Below, piece after piece: positions 18,320 through 25,646 of a stretch of DNA of 34,904 nucleotides; within the stretch, counting starts at the first letter, position 1, and each line of letters opens with the position of its first letter. Both the position numbers and the translations under genes were made by a program. The stretch comes from a virus. Taxonomy: Duplodnaviria > Caudoviricetes. The notes below the pieces were generated by a model. It was not told the DNA's origin, did not search any database, and saw only the letters and a program-made list of their open reading frames with translations. Where the stretch lies: the IMG/VR virus record IMGVR_UViG_3300030430_000437, positions 1 to 34,904 of that record; one strand, given 5' to 3'.

Positions 18320-18793
18320 ATGACAACAACAAATTTATTTACAAACGAAAAACAAACAACAATGAGTAGAAGAAACTACAAACCAGAAGAAAAAGTAGAG
18401 GTCAAAGAAACAAGAGCCGAAACTTTAAACAGATTATATAAAGAAAATAATCTAACAGCAGAGGATGTCTATAAAGACTCTAGAGGATTTGCTATTATTA
18501 CAAGGACAGGAATCGACAAGATTGTTTCTAAGCAAAACATAACAGTAGCTTATGAACCAGTTATAATGGAGAAAGACTGGGTTGTAATAAAAGCAGTGGC
18601 GAGTATGAAAGAGGGTAAGACAAGCATGAGAAACATGATGAGTTTTGGAGAAGCATCTGATAACAACCTTATGGGAGGTGGTAAGAAGTTTCCTGTAGCT
18701 ATGGCTGAGAAAAGAGCAATGTCAAGAGTTGTTCTAAAAATTGCAGGATTTTATGAGCAGGGTGTGTTTGGACAAGATGAGATAGTAGATTAA
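18320..18793 (+). CDS. Conserved phage protein, possible ssDNA-annealing recombinase (Rad52/Sak-like)
   Basis: SFGEAS...VAMAEKRAMSRVVLK...GQDE resembles the annealing-protein C-terminal helix; first gene of the DNA-metabolism operon. Confidence 0.45.
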   Translation: MTTTNLFTNEKQTTMSRRNYKPEEKVEVKETRAETLNRLYKENNLTAEDVYKDSRGFAIITRTGIDKIVSKQNITVAYEPVIMEKDWVVIKAVASMKEGKTSMRNMMSFGEASDNNLMGGGKKFPVAMAEKRAMSRVVLKIAGFYEQGVFGQDEIVD

Positions 18794-19054
18794 ATGAATG
18801 AGGATGACTTTATAGACTCTTTGTTTGATGGTAAACCTGCAAAGGCAACAGAACAACAATTACAAATAATTGAAACTTTGTTACCATACACAACATTAGA
18901 TTTACAAATGCGTTCAGAAGTAATAAATAATTTAGAAAACATGACTGAGATAGAAGCTGAGTCATTGTTGCAGTTTATTGACGAACATAGAGTCTATTTA
19001 GACCCTCAAGATGAATATAAAAAACTTAAAGAAAATGGGGCGTTTGACAGTTAA
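18794..19054 (+). CDS. Hypothetical acidic protein
   Basis: 86-aa ORF abutting the previous stop. Confidence 0.65.
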   Translation: MNEDDFIDSLFDGKPAKATEQQLQIIETLLPYTTLDLQMRSEVINNLENMTEIEAESLLQFIDEHRVYLDPQDEYKKLKENGAFDS

Positions 19055-19256
19055 CATATATAGAACAATGGCAAAAGGTTTTGTTTACATGGTGTGGAAT
19101 GGTGAACATTTTATTGGAGAAATTGATCATCATGGTTTACAAACAATGTTAAGTAAAGATGATTACGACAAGGTAAAAAATAATACTAAAACAAAATTTT
19201 TGTTAGATTTAGATAAATTACAACAATATGTCAAACCACCAAAGTATAAATACTAA
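19011..19256 (+). CDS. Hypothetical protein
   Basis: ORF in operon; start uncertain. Confidence 0.55.
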   Translation: MNIKNLKKMGRLTVNIYRTMAKGFVYMVWNGEHFIGEIDHHGLQTMLSKDDYDKVKNNTKTKFLLDLDKLQQYVKPPKYKY

Positions 19257-19266
19257 ATATAAAACT

Positions 19267-19530
19267 ATGACAAAAAAATATAATTTACATAAAATAAGAG
19301 AAGCACGAAATGAGTTTGAAGCAATGCTTAGAATTAAAGGCATATCTGCAAGAACCTTTGCGAAACTTCTAGGTGTTGCAGAAATAACAAGTGCAAAGTA
19401 TATTAACGACCCTACATTACTAAGATATAGTCACATGGATAGCATTGCAATATATTGCAGAATGTCTGTAAAGGATATTATAGATTTAATAGAATATGAT
19501 CTCGTGAGTGATGCAGAAAGATTTGATTAA
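19267..19530 (+). CDS. XRE/Cro-like HTH protein
   Basis: LRIKGISARTFAKLLGVAEITSAKYINDP HTH; start 19267 preferred over 19228. Confidence 0.7.
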   Translation: MTKKYNLHKIREARNEFEAMLRIKGISARTFAKLLGVAEITSAKYINDPTLLRYSHMDSIAIYCRMSVKDIIDLIEYDLVSDAERFD

Positions 19531-19723
19531 TTATTTTATTTTAGAATGTAAACAAAAACAACAAATGAAAAATCTGTACCAAAGTAACATAAAAAACATG
19601 AATACATATTTTAAACCATCTTTTGTAAAAGAAAAAACAAATAAGTATCTGGGCATAACTGCACCTTTTTACAATACTAAGGCAGATAGATTAGCAAACC
19701 ATAAAAACAATATAGATGAATAA
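19508..19723 (+). CDS. Hypothetical protein
   Basis: Overlapping ORF filling the operon. Confidence 0.5.
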   Translation: MMQKDLINYFILECKQKQQMKNLYQSNIKNMNTYFKPSFVKEKTNKYLGITAPFYNTKADRLANHKNNIDE

Positions 19724-19970
19724 AGAAAAAAACTACATAGCTAGTAGTATAAAAAAAGTTACAACACAATATGGTGATTTGTTTAATGCAAACATAAAAT
19801 TAGATGACCTTAAAAAAATAGAAAAAAAAGGTTGGGTGAGTATAACAATAGCAGAACGTAGAGAACCATCAGAAAAAGGTGCAACACATTATGCATATGA
19901 GAACACATATGAACCTAAAGACCCTGTAGAAAAATTAGTACAAAATAATCAGGATGACTTACCATTCTAA
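19716..19970 (+). CDS. Putative single-stranded DNA-binding protein
   Basis: Short beta-rich body with an SSB-type acidic C-terminus QDDLPF; next to the initiator. Confidence 0.6.
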   Translation: MNKEKNYIASSIKKVTTQYGDLFNANIKLDDLKKIEKKGWVSITIAERREPSEKGATHYAYENTYEPKDPVEKLVQNNQDDLPF

Positions 19971-20592
19971 ACCTTCTTATTATTCTATATTACCTGCTGA
20001 GGTAAGGTATGATACAAACCTTACTGCAAATGCTAAATTATTATATAGTGAGATAACTGCTTTGACAAATGCTACTGGTTACTGTTATGCAACTAATGGT
20101 TACTTTGCTAGTCTATATGGTAAATCAAAGGTTACGATATCTAAGTGGATCAGAGAACTAGCAGAAAACAATTATATACAAATAGAATTTACATACAGAG
20201 AAGGTACTAAAGAAATAGATCACAGGTATATAACAATTCTTAAAGGGGGTATTAAAGAAAAGTTAAATACCCTCTTAAAGAAAACTTTAAAGAATAATAA
20301 TACAAGTAATAATACTACAAGTATAATAAAAGAAAAAATATATAAAAAAGAAAAATTTGTAAAACCTACAATAGAAGAAATACAAGAATATTGTAACGAA
20401 AGAAAAAATAATATTGATGCAGAAAACTTCTTTGCATTTTATGAAGCAAGAGGTTGGATGATTGGTAAAAACAAAATGAAGAACTGGAAGATGTGTATGA
20501 TTACTTGGGAGAAAAATAATAAAACAAATACAAGTATGTCAAAGATTGACATCCAACTTAACGAATATAACAAAGGCAAACAATTATTATGA
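19954..20592 (+). CDS. Replication initiator (N-terminal winged HTH, lambda O/replisome-organiser-like)
   Basis: YYSILPAEVRYD...AKLLYSEI...GYCYATNGYFASLYG...TISKWIREL, low-complexity linker, C-terminal KPTIEEI...FFAFYEARGW..GKNKMKNWK. Confidence 0.85.
   Translation: MTYHSKPSYYSILPAEVRYDTNLTANAKLLYSEITALTNATGYCYATNGYFASLYGKSKVTISKWIRELAENNYIQIEFTYREGTKEIDHRYITILKGGIKEKLNTLLKKTLKNNNTSNNTTSIIKEKIYKKEKFVKPTIEEIQEYCNERKNNIDAENFFAFYEARGWMIGKNKMKNWKMCMITWEKNNKTNTSMSKIDIQLNEYNKGKQLL
20240..20360. other. Putative replication origin inside the initiator gene
   Basis: TTAAAG at 20240, 20252, 20275 and 20287; inverted AAGGGGGTATT/AATACCCTCTT (20243-20276); followed by an AT-rich tract. Confidence 0.5.
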
Positions 20593-20921
20593 AAGAAAAA
20601 CTATATGACATCATTGCAAGAACATCAATAGAACTTGGCTTAAAAACTGATGGTAAGACATTAGCAGTTCTGACAAAGACTTTTGCGTTTGATTTAGAAA
20701 CAGATAAAAGATTCAAAAGATTGTCACTAGAGGATGTTGACACTGCATTTAGATTAGGTGTAAGACTTGACACAAAGGATAGTTTTTTAAATATAAGAAC
20801 TTTTTATAGGTGGTGTTTGACACACAAGCAGAGGTTACAAGACGCTTATTATGAGGTACATACCTTAGGAGCTGATCCAAACAAAGTACCTTATTATAAG
20901 AAAAATTTATTAACTTTATAA
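20589..20921 (+). CDS. Hypothetical protein (position of a helicase loader)
   Basis: Overlaps the initiator stop; function inferred from position only. Confidence 0.55.
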   Translation: MKEKLYDIIARTSIELGLKTDGKTLAVLTKTFAFDLETDKRFKRLSLEDVDTAFRLGVRLDTKDSFLNIRTFYRWCLTHKQRLQDAYYEVHTLGADPNKVPYYKKNLLTL

Positions 20922-20935
20922 AATTAAATTTAAGT

Positions 20936-21127
20936 ATGTTGATGATTTTTTTATTACTTCTTGGTATTGGTTTCTTAACCATAGTAGGTATATGTATGGT
21001 AGAAATACTTATACAAAAGGGTGAGAATGAAAAGTTAGCAGAAAATATAGACAAGATAGAACCAAAGCACAAAACAATTACAGGTGCATTATATAGAGAT
21101 AGAAAAAATGACAAAAAAAATTCCTGA
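20936..21127 (+). CDS. Small single-TM membrane protein
   Basis: Hydrophobic N-terminal ~25 aa followed by a charged tail. Confidence 0.6.
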   Translation: MLMIFLLLLGIGFLTIVGICMVEILIQKGENEKLAENIDKIEPKHKTITGALYRDRKNDKKNS

Positions 21128-21347
21128 TTATTATATAGGTAAATATCATAAGTACGAAGCTAGAAAAGTCATAGAAGATTTTGACTTATCTTATAATTTA
21201 GGCACTGCTACAAGTTACATACTACGTTGCTCTAGGAAGCATAGTAGTCCAGTGGATTGTATAAGAAAAGCAATAGCACACTTAGAATTTGAATTAGATA
21301 AAATAGAATTTACAAATGAGCAAGATTGGAAAAATAAAAACATCTGA
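21108..21347 (+). CDS. DUF3310-like protein
   Basis: PDYY...YEARKVIEDFDLSYNLGTATSYILR..RK...DCIRKAIAHL. Confidence 0.7.
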   Translation: MTKKIPDYYIGKYHKYEARKVIEDFDLSYNLGTATSYILRCSRKHSSPVDCIRKAIAHLEFELDKIEFTNEQDWKNKNI

Positions 21348-21528
21348 AAGAAAAGACCATAGAGGTGGAGGTTATAGCAGAAGGAAGTTTTCTGACAGTG
21401 AAGCTAAACTTATAAGAAAAGAATATGAAGAGGGGGCAGGGGGGTCTGTTACACAAATGGCAAAGAAATATAATGTTTCTCAACCACTTATGTATCAGTT
21501 ACTTAATTATGTAACCTATAATGAATAA
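21316..21528 (+). CDS. Small HTH DNA-binding protein
   Basis: KFSDSEAKLIRKEY...SVTQMAKKYNVSQPLMYQLL. Confidence 0.7.
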   Translation: MSKIGKIKTSERKDHRGGGYSRRKFSDSEAKLIRKEYEEGAGGSVTQMAKKYNVSQPLMYQLLNYVTYNE

Positions 21529-21868
21529 AGAAGCTAGAGTTCAGTCAGCGTTTTGTGACTACTTAAAACTAGCTTATCCTAAAGTAAGATACTGTGCAAG
21601 TCTCGGTGGTATCAGAACATCAATGAAACAAGCAATACTAGCTAAGCGTACTGGTTATGTAAAAGGTTTCCCAGATTTACAAATACTAAAAGTAAATAAA
21701 AAATATGCAGGTTGTTTTTTAGAAATAAAAGCAGATAAAAAATCTTACCCAACTAAAGAACAAAAAGAGTGGGTAGCATTTTTAAATGATGAAGGTTACT
21801 TTGCAAAAGTTGTCAAAGGTTTGGATGAGTGCATTGAAACTGCTGAATGGTACTTGAAACTGCCCTGA
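21521..21868 (+). CDS. VRR-NUC family nuclease (probable resolvase)
   Basis: EARVQ...GYVKGFPDL...FLEIK...PTKEQKEW...L...GY PD-(D/E)xK pattern. Confidence 0.88.
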   Translation: MNKEARVQSAFCDYLKLAYPKVRYCASLGGIRTSMKQAILAKRTGYVKGFPDLQILKVNKKYAGCFLEIKADKKSYPTKEQKEWVAFLNDEGYFAKVVKGLDECIETAEWYLKLP

Positions 21869-21885
21869 AACTGCTGTGAAACTGC
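21836..21885 (+). repeat. Array 1 of four GAAACTGC motifs
   Basis: Copies start at 21836, 21856, 21867 and 21878. Confidence 0.9.
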
Positions 21886-21984
21886 TGGACATTTTCTAAG
21901 GGTGGAGTACGGAGCCTGATTTATTCTGTAAGCCTTCTACCACTCTTTAAAATTGTTTATAACTTTTTTTATCATTTATGTAAG

Positions 21985-22012
21985 TTTGTTTAGTATTTAT
22001 TTATTATATTTG
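21985..22012 (+). promoter_or_regulatory. Promoter of early unit 1
   Basis: TTTG at 21985-21988, TATATTTG at 22005-22012, ATG at 22035. Confidence 0.7.
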
Positions 22013-22034
22013 CATATAACTTTAAAATAAAATT

Positions 22035-22532
22035 ATGAAAACAAAAACAATTTTAGAAGTATATAATGATTATGATTCTAATTTTTCATATCAAGATTAT
22101 AAAGAAAATATAAATAATCTTGCAAGTGAATTAGATATAATTATATTTAACCAAAATGATAAGTTTGACAATATTATTTCTGATTTGCAAAAAACAAAAT
22201 ATTGTACAAATCATAAAGATAGTTATAAGAATAGTATAACTATTGATTGCGTTGGATATTCTCAAGGTGATTGGGATAGATATACGATATATTATAATGA
22301 TATGACAAATGACTTGAAATACCTTTGCAAATTATTAAAAAGGTTATTTACTCATAAAAATGATTATTTAATTAAAGAAATAGAATTGTTAGATTCAGGT
22401 CATTCAAAAGTCATTAACACTCATTCTATAATGATAAATTACATAGAGTTTCCTACTAACAAAGATATTAAAGAAACAATAAACCATTATGGTATAGGTC
22501 ATTATGACGAAATAATATTTAATAATAACTAA
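22035..22532 (+). CDS. Hypothetical early protein
   Basis: 165 aa, GYSQGDW motif, A-rich leader. Confidence 0.75.
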   Translation: MKTKTILEVYNDYDSNFSYQDYKENINNLASELDIIIFNQNDKFDNIISDLQKTKYCTNHKDSYKNSITIDCVGYSQGDWDRYTIYYNDMTNDLKYLCKLLKRLFTHKNDYLIKEIELLDSGHSKVINTHSIMINYIEFPTNKDIKETINHYGIGHYDEIIFNNN

Positions 22533-22544
22533 AACAATAATAAA

Positions 22545-22790
22545 ATGATAAATAATGAACATTTAAAAAAGTGTGAACAAATAATTAATAATTCACACAA
22601 AAAAGCAACTCCTCTTTACACAGCAACTGATATAGAAACTAAGATCAATACATATGTAGATTGGTTTTTTGATGAGTGTGGAGATCCTAAAGATGAGTTA
22701 AGATATTTAATGCAATTAATATTAGATAGTGAAGGTAAAGCGAAGGAGGATTTACTAGACGTTTTATCTTACTATACAATGAGTTATTAA
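22545..22790 (+). CDS. Hypothetical early protein
   Basis: 81 aa, leader AATAACTAAAACAATAATAAA. Confidence 0.7.
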   Translation: MINNEHLKKCEQIINNSHKKATPLYTATDIETKINTYVDWFFDECGDPKDELRYLMQLILDSEGKAKEDLLDVLSYYTMSY

Positions 22791-22791
22791 T

Positions 22792-23019
22792 ATGGATTAC
22801 GATAACTATAAACTATCTCTAGATGATAATGAACCGTATGTTAGTAGGTGTTGTGGTAACGAAGTGTATGAAGTGTATGATTCTAAGTATGAAGAATATA
22901 AAACAATATGCGATGAATGTAATTCATATTGCGACATATTACTTGATTATGAATATCAACAAGTAAGAGCAGAACAGATAGCTGATGAGATGTATGAAGA
23001 AAATAAACTTAATAACTAA
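22792..23019 (+). CDS. Small acidic Zn-ribbon-like protein
   Basis: SRCCG...ICDECNSYC; very acidic and Tyr-rich. Confidence 0.7.
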   Translation: MDYDNYKLSLDDNEPYVSRCCGNEVYEVYDSKYEEYKTICDECNSYCDILLDYEYQQVRAEQIADEMYEENKLNN

Positions 23020-23030
23020 AAACAAAAACA

Positions 23031-23300
23031 ATGTCTTATTTAATATTACCAAAAAAAGTTTTTAATAGTCCACTAATTGAATATGCAAATTTTGAGGATC
23101 AAAGTTTTGTAAATTTAATTAGGTTAAATAAACCTTATGCAAATGGAATATCATATGCAGTATATGAAACTACAAACAATGCATTTTGTTCAAATGGATT
23201 ATTTAAAACATATGAGAAAGCAAAACTAAAATTTGAATTAATGATTAAGAATCATTCTTATCAATCTAAAGTTAGAGTAAGAAATAAAATTAATAATTAA
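23031..23300 (+). CDS. Hypothetical early protein
   Basis: 89 aa with the conserved leader. Confidence 0.7.
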   Translation: MSYLILPKKVFNSPLIEYANFEDQSFVNLIRLNKPYANGISYAVYETTNNAFCSNGLFKTYEKAKLKFELMIKNHSYQSKVRVRNKINN

Positions 23301-23312
23301 AAACAAAAACAA

Positions 23313-23588
23313 ATGAAAAAAAAAGATTTACTACAAGATTGGGAGATCGGTCAACGAATATATTACGAACTATTTAATCGTTCAGAAATAGAGGAAAAGT
23401 ATTCTGATTGGTTTTCTAATGATATAGATGTAATTGAAAAAACATTACACTATCTGGATAAAAGTCAGATGATTTATGAACTTATTCAAGATGAATTAAA
23501 ATACCGAACAGATGATTCAATTGAAGAACTTAAACAAACAATAATGCATATACAGAAATTAATATTTATGCGTGTGTGTAATTACTAA
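23313..23588 (+). CDS. Hypothetical early protein
   Basis: 91 aa with the conserved leader. Confidence 0.7.
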   Translation: MKKKDLLQDWEIGQRIYYELFNRSEIEEKYSDWFSNDIDVIEKTLHYLDKSQMIYELIQDELKYRTDDSIEELKQTIMHIQKLIFMRVCNY

Positions 23589-23614
23589 ATTTTAATAACT
23601 AAAAACAAAAACAA

Positions 23615-23785
23615 ATGATAAAATATATTGTAATAATATTTATGTTTATTGGATCATGTAAAGTAAAAAAAACTAATGATAAAATAAGATGTTGCGACAA
23701 AGATACTGCTCATGCATTGTGGAATTGTGGTAATGACATAGAATATAAGTACAAAGAATTATTAACTAAAAACAAAAACAAATGA
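23615..23785 (+). CDS. 56-aa putative lipoprotein, not in the ORF track
   Basis: MIKYIVIIFMFIGS-CKVKKTNDKIRCCDKDTAHALWNCGNDIEYKYKELLTKNKNK; conserved leader; ATGA overlap with the next gene. Confidence 0.65.
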   Translation: MIKYIVIIFMFIGSCKVKKTNDKIRCCDKDTAHALWNCGNDIEYKYKELLTKNKNK

Positions 23786-24378
23786 AAACAAAAACAAATA
23801 ACAATTTTGATAGTAGACTTAAAGATATAATGGGTACTGCTGATTTTGAAAAAGCAATAAAAGATACTGAATTTGCAGTAGACTTTGGTGGCTTTTATGA
23901 ATCAATTCATACTCAATATATTGATACATATATTGACGATCTAAATATTAATTGGGAATATGTAGATTATAAAAAAACATATGAAAATTATGCTAAGTGT
24001 TTTGTTGATTACCTCAACTTCTCACTTAACATGAAATTAAAATATGTTGAGTTGGATAGTCCAAAATATTATAATTATAGAAACGATAAAATTATTGTAA
24101 GTATCAACGAAATAGATAAATATAATCTAATTCAAAAGTACAGAAACGATGATGATTTTGTTAAGTGGGTTAATGAAGCAAGTGCAAGTAAATCTGGATT
24201 TATCTCCTTCTGTTCAGGTATAGATAACTTGATTAATGAACAGGAATTATTACTAGAATATATATTTACTTATATATTATGGAATGAGGAAGAATATGAG
24301 TTTGTATTACATGATATAAATTCAATAGATTTTCATATGGATGATATTGAAGTAGTAATGCAAAAAGATAAGTTATGA
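23782..24378 (+). CDS. Hypothetical acidic early protein
   Basis: 198 aa, FGGFYESIH and SPKYYNY motifs, conserved leader. Confidence 0.75.
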   Translation: MKTKTNNNFDSRLKDIMGTADFEKAIKDTEFAVDFGGFYESIHTQYIDTYIDDLNINWEYVDYKKTYENYAKCFVDYLNFSLNMKLKYVELDSPKYYNYRNDKIIVSINEIDKYNLIQKYRNDDDFVKWVNEASASKSGFISFCSGIDNLINEQELLLEYIFTYILWNEEEYEFVLHDINSIDFHMDDIEVVMQKDKL

Positions 24379-24467
24379 GTAAAGGAGGAATGCCACTACA
24401 TGATTTTAGTGATTTTACATATACTTTTATGGTTATATTAGCACTTTTTTTTGGAGGGTGTTTTTAA
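24375..24467 (+). CDS. 30-aa hydrophobic mini-protein, not in the ORF track
   Basis: MSKGGMPLHDFSDFTYTFMVILALFFGGCF; ATGA overlap with the upstream stop. Confidence 0.45.
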   Translation: MSKGGMPLHDFSDFTYTFMVILALFFGGCF

Positions 24468-24476
24468 TAAACCATA

Positions 24477-24507
24477 GGGGGTATGGGGGGTACTAAGGGG
24501 GGGTAGG
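24477..24507 (+). other. Intergenic G-tract island (G5-TAT-G6-TACTAA-G7-TAGG)
   Basis: Directly visible; extreme outlier in an AT-rich region. Confidence 0.85.
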
Positions 24508-24547
24508 TATAAATAATAATTATAGTAACTTAAAACAAATAAAAACA

Positions 24548-24829
24548 ATGAAAACAATAAAAATTAGTACAGACGAAGCAAAGGAGTTAATACATGATTA
24601 TAAGAATCAGATATTCACTTGTAAGTTTGTCAAAAAAGATGGATCTCATCGTATAATGAATGCAAGACTCGGAGTAAAGAAGGGAGTTAAGGGAGTTGGA
24701 TTAAATTACGATCCAAACGATTATAATCATATAATAGCTTATGATTTAAAAAATGATGGATTTAGGACGATTAATATAAATACTTTGTTATATTTGCGAA
24801 CCAATAAGAAGAAGTACACAATCGTGTAA
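24548..24829 (+). CDS. SH3/Sm-like beta-barrel protein (WYL_2/DUF2693-like)
   Basis: IFTCKFVKKDGSHRIMNARL...AYDLKNDGFRTININTL matches the FxKKDGxxR...D....WR/YR pattern of this family. Confidence 0.65.
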   Translation: MKTIKISTDEAKELIHDYKNQIFTCKFVKKDGSHRIMNARLGVKKGVKGVGLNYDPNDYNHIIAYDLKNDGFRTININTLLYLRTNKKKYTIV

Positions 24830-24856
24830 CTTAATTATTTTTCATAATAGGTTTTG

Positions 24857-24892
24857 AAAAGTGTAGGAATAATTTTTCTACACTTTTTTTTT
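24857..24892 (+). terminator. Intrinsic terminator of early unit 1
   Basis: AAAAGTGTAGGAA / TTTCTACACTTTT stem running into a long T tract. Confidence 0.85.
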
Positions 24893-24908
24893 ATTATAAT
24901 CGTTTTGC

Positions 24909-24948
24909 GAAACTGCACGAAACTGCTCCGAAACTGCTATGAAACTGC
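24909..24948 (+). repeat. Array 2 of four GAAACTGC motifs
   Basis: Copies start at 24909, 24919, 24930 and 24941. Confidence 0.9.
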
Positions 24949-25044
24949 GTGAGATTTATTGACAGATCATCCTTCGTAACCTTTCTACCCTATTCATTAA
25001 CAAATATTTAACGTCAAATTGTCAGATAAAAAAAGTTTTATTTA

Positions 25045-25075
25045 TTGTATAAAATTGAAATTCTTTTTATATTTG
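25045..25075 (+). promoter_or_regulatory. Promoter of early unit 2
   Basis: TTG (25045-25047)-N20-TATATTTG (25068-25075); ATG at 25106. Confidence 0.75.
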
Positions 25076-25105
25076 TATCAATTAATTAACAAAAACAAAA
25101 ACAAA

Positions 25106-25264
25106 ATGCAAACTAAATTTTTTAAATCATACAAAGACGCTAACAATTTTATAGCTAAAAATATTAATATCTATAATTGTAAGTTAACAAAATTATATAA
25201 TAGAGATATTTATATAAATAATATAGATAATTATAAAGTTGAATTTAAAACAATAAAAAAATGA
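25106..25264 (+). CDS. Hypothetical 52-aa early protein
   Basis: ATG after an AACAAAAACAAAAACAAA leader; the track's TTG start lies upstream of the promoter. Confidence 0.6.
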   Translation: MQTKFFKSYKDANNFIAKNINIYNCKLTKLYNRDIYINNIDNYKVEFKTIKK

Positions 25265-25512
25265 AATTAAAAAAATTCTATTTAAAAAAATATTCTAATG
25301 ATAAATTAGGCAACGAAATAAACCCGAACGCAACTTTCGTAGGTTTGTTAGATATTCTTTATACTAATAATTGCGTTTATAATTATATTTGTATTGATGA
25401 TAGTATTATAAGAGAACGTCTATTTAAAGAACTAGCAAATATATTAAATAAAGACTATCAATATATATATAATTTATGGTTAAATTATCATCGTCAATTA
25501 AAAATTGTTTAA
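25261..25512 (+). CDS. Hypothetical early protein
   Basis: 83 aa, DDSIIRERLFKELA...YIYNLWL; ATGA overlap. Confidence 0.75.
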   Translation: MKLKKFYLKKYSNDKLGNEINPNATFVGLLDILYTNNCVYNYICIDDSIIRERLFKELANILNKDYQYIYNLWLNYHRQLKIV

Positions 25513-25514
25513 TC

Positions 25515-25613
25515 ATGTTTTATATTATATTTTTTACACTAATATTTTATATGTATATTGACGCATACAAGCAAGGAATGACACACGACAATGAAACAAA
25601 TAAAAAAATTTAA
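25515..25613 (+). CDS. 32-aa membrane mini-protein, not in the ORF track
   Basis: MFYIIFFTLIFYMYIDAYKQGMTHDNETNKKI; starts 2 nt after the previous stop. Confidence 0.5.
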   Translation: MFYIIFFTLIFYMYIDAYKQGMTHDNETNKKI

Positions 25614-25646
25614 TTATATTTACTTAACTAAACAAAAAACAAAATT

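Larger units (their letters stand above)
23011..23783 (+). repeat. Dispersed repeated leader (A/T)TAA(C/T)TAAAAACAAAAACA(A)ATG in front of early genes
   Basis: Near-identical copies before ATG 23031, 23313, 23615 and 23782; variants before 22545, 24548, 25106, 25647 and 26085. Confidence 0.85.

Noticed and set aside
19267-19530. HTH gene as a lysogeny repressor
   Set aside because: No integrase, partition genes or divergent promoter pair; it is co-oriented inside the replication operon.
21431-21445. G-rich stretch AGGGGGCAGGGGGGT as a second quadruplex
   Set aside because: It has only two G runs and lies within Gly-Ala-Gly-Gly codons of the HTH gene.
21953-21963. TGTTTATAA as a DnaA box near array 1
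   Set aside because: It is a single mismatched copy in AT-rich DNA with no clear equivalent at array 2.
21833-24948. GAAAC repeats as a CRISPR mini-array or RNA anti-CRISPR (ATTGAAAC resembles a repeat 3' end)
   Set aside because: Units are 8 nt with mostly 2-3 nt gaps, with no 25-40 nt repeats or spacers; only one array copy has ATTGAAAC.
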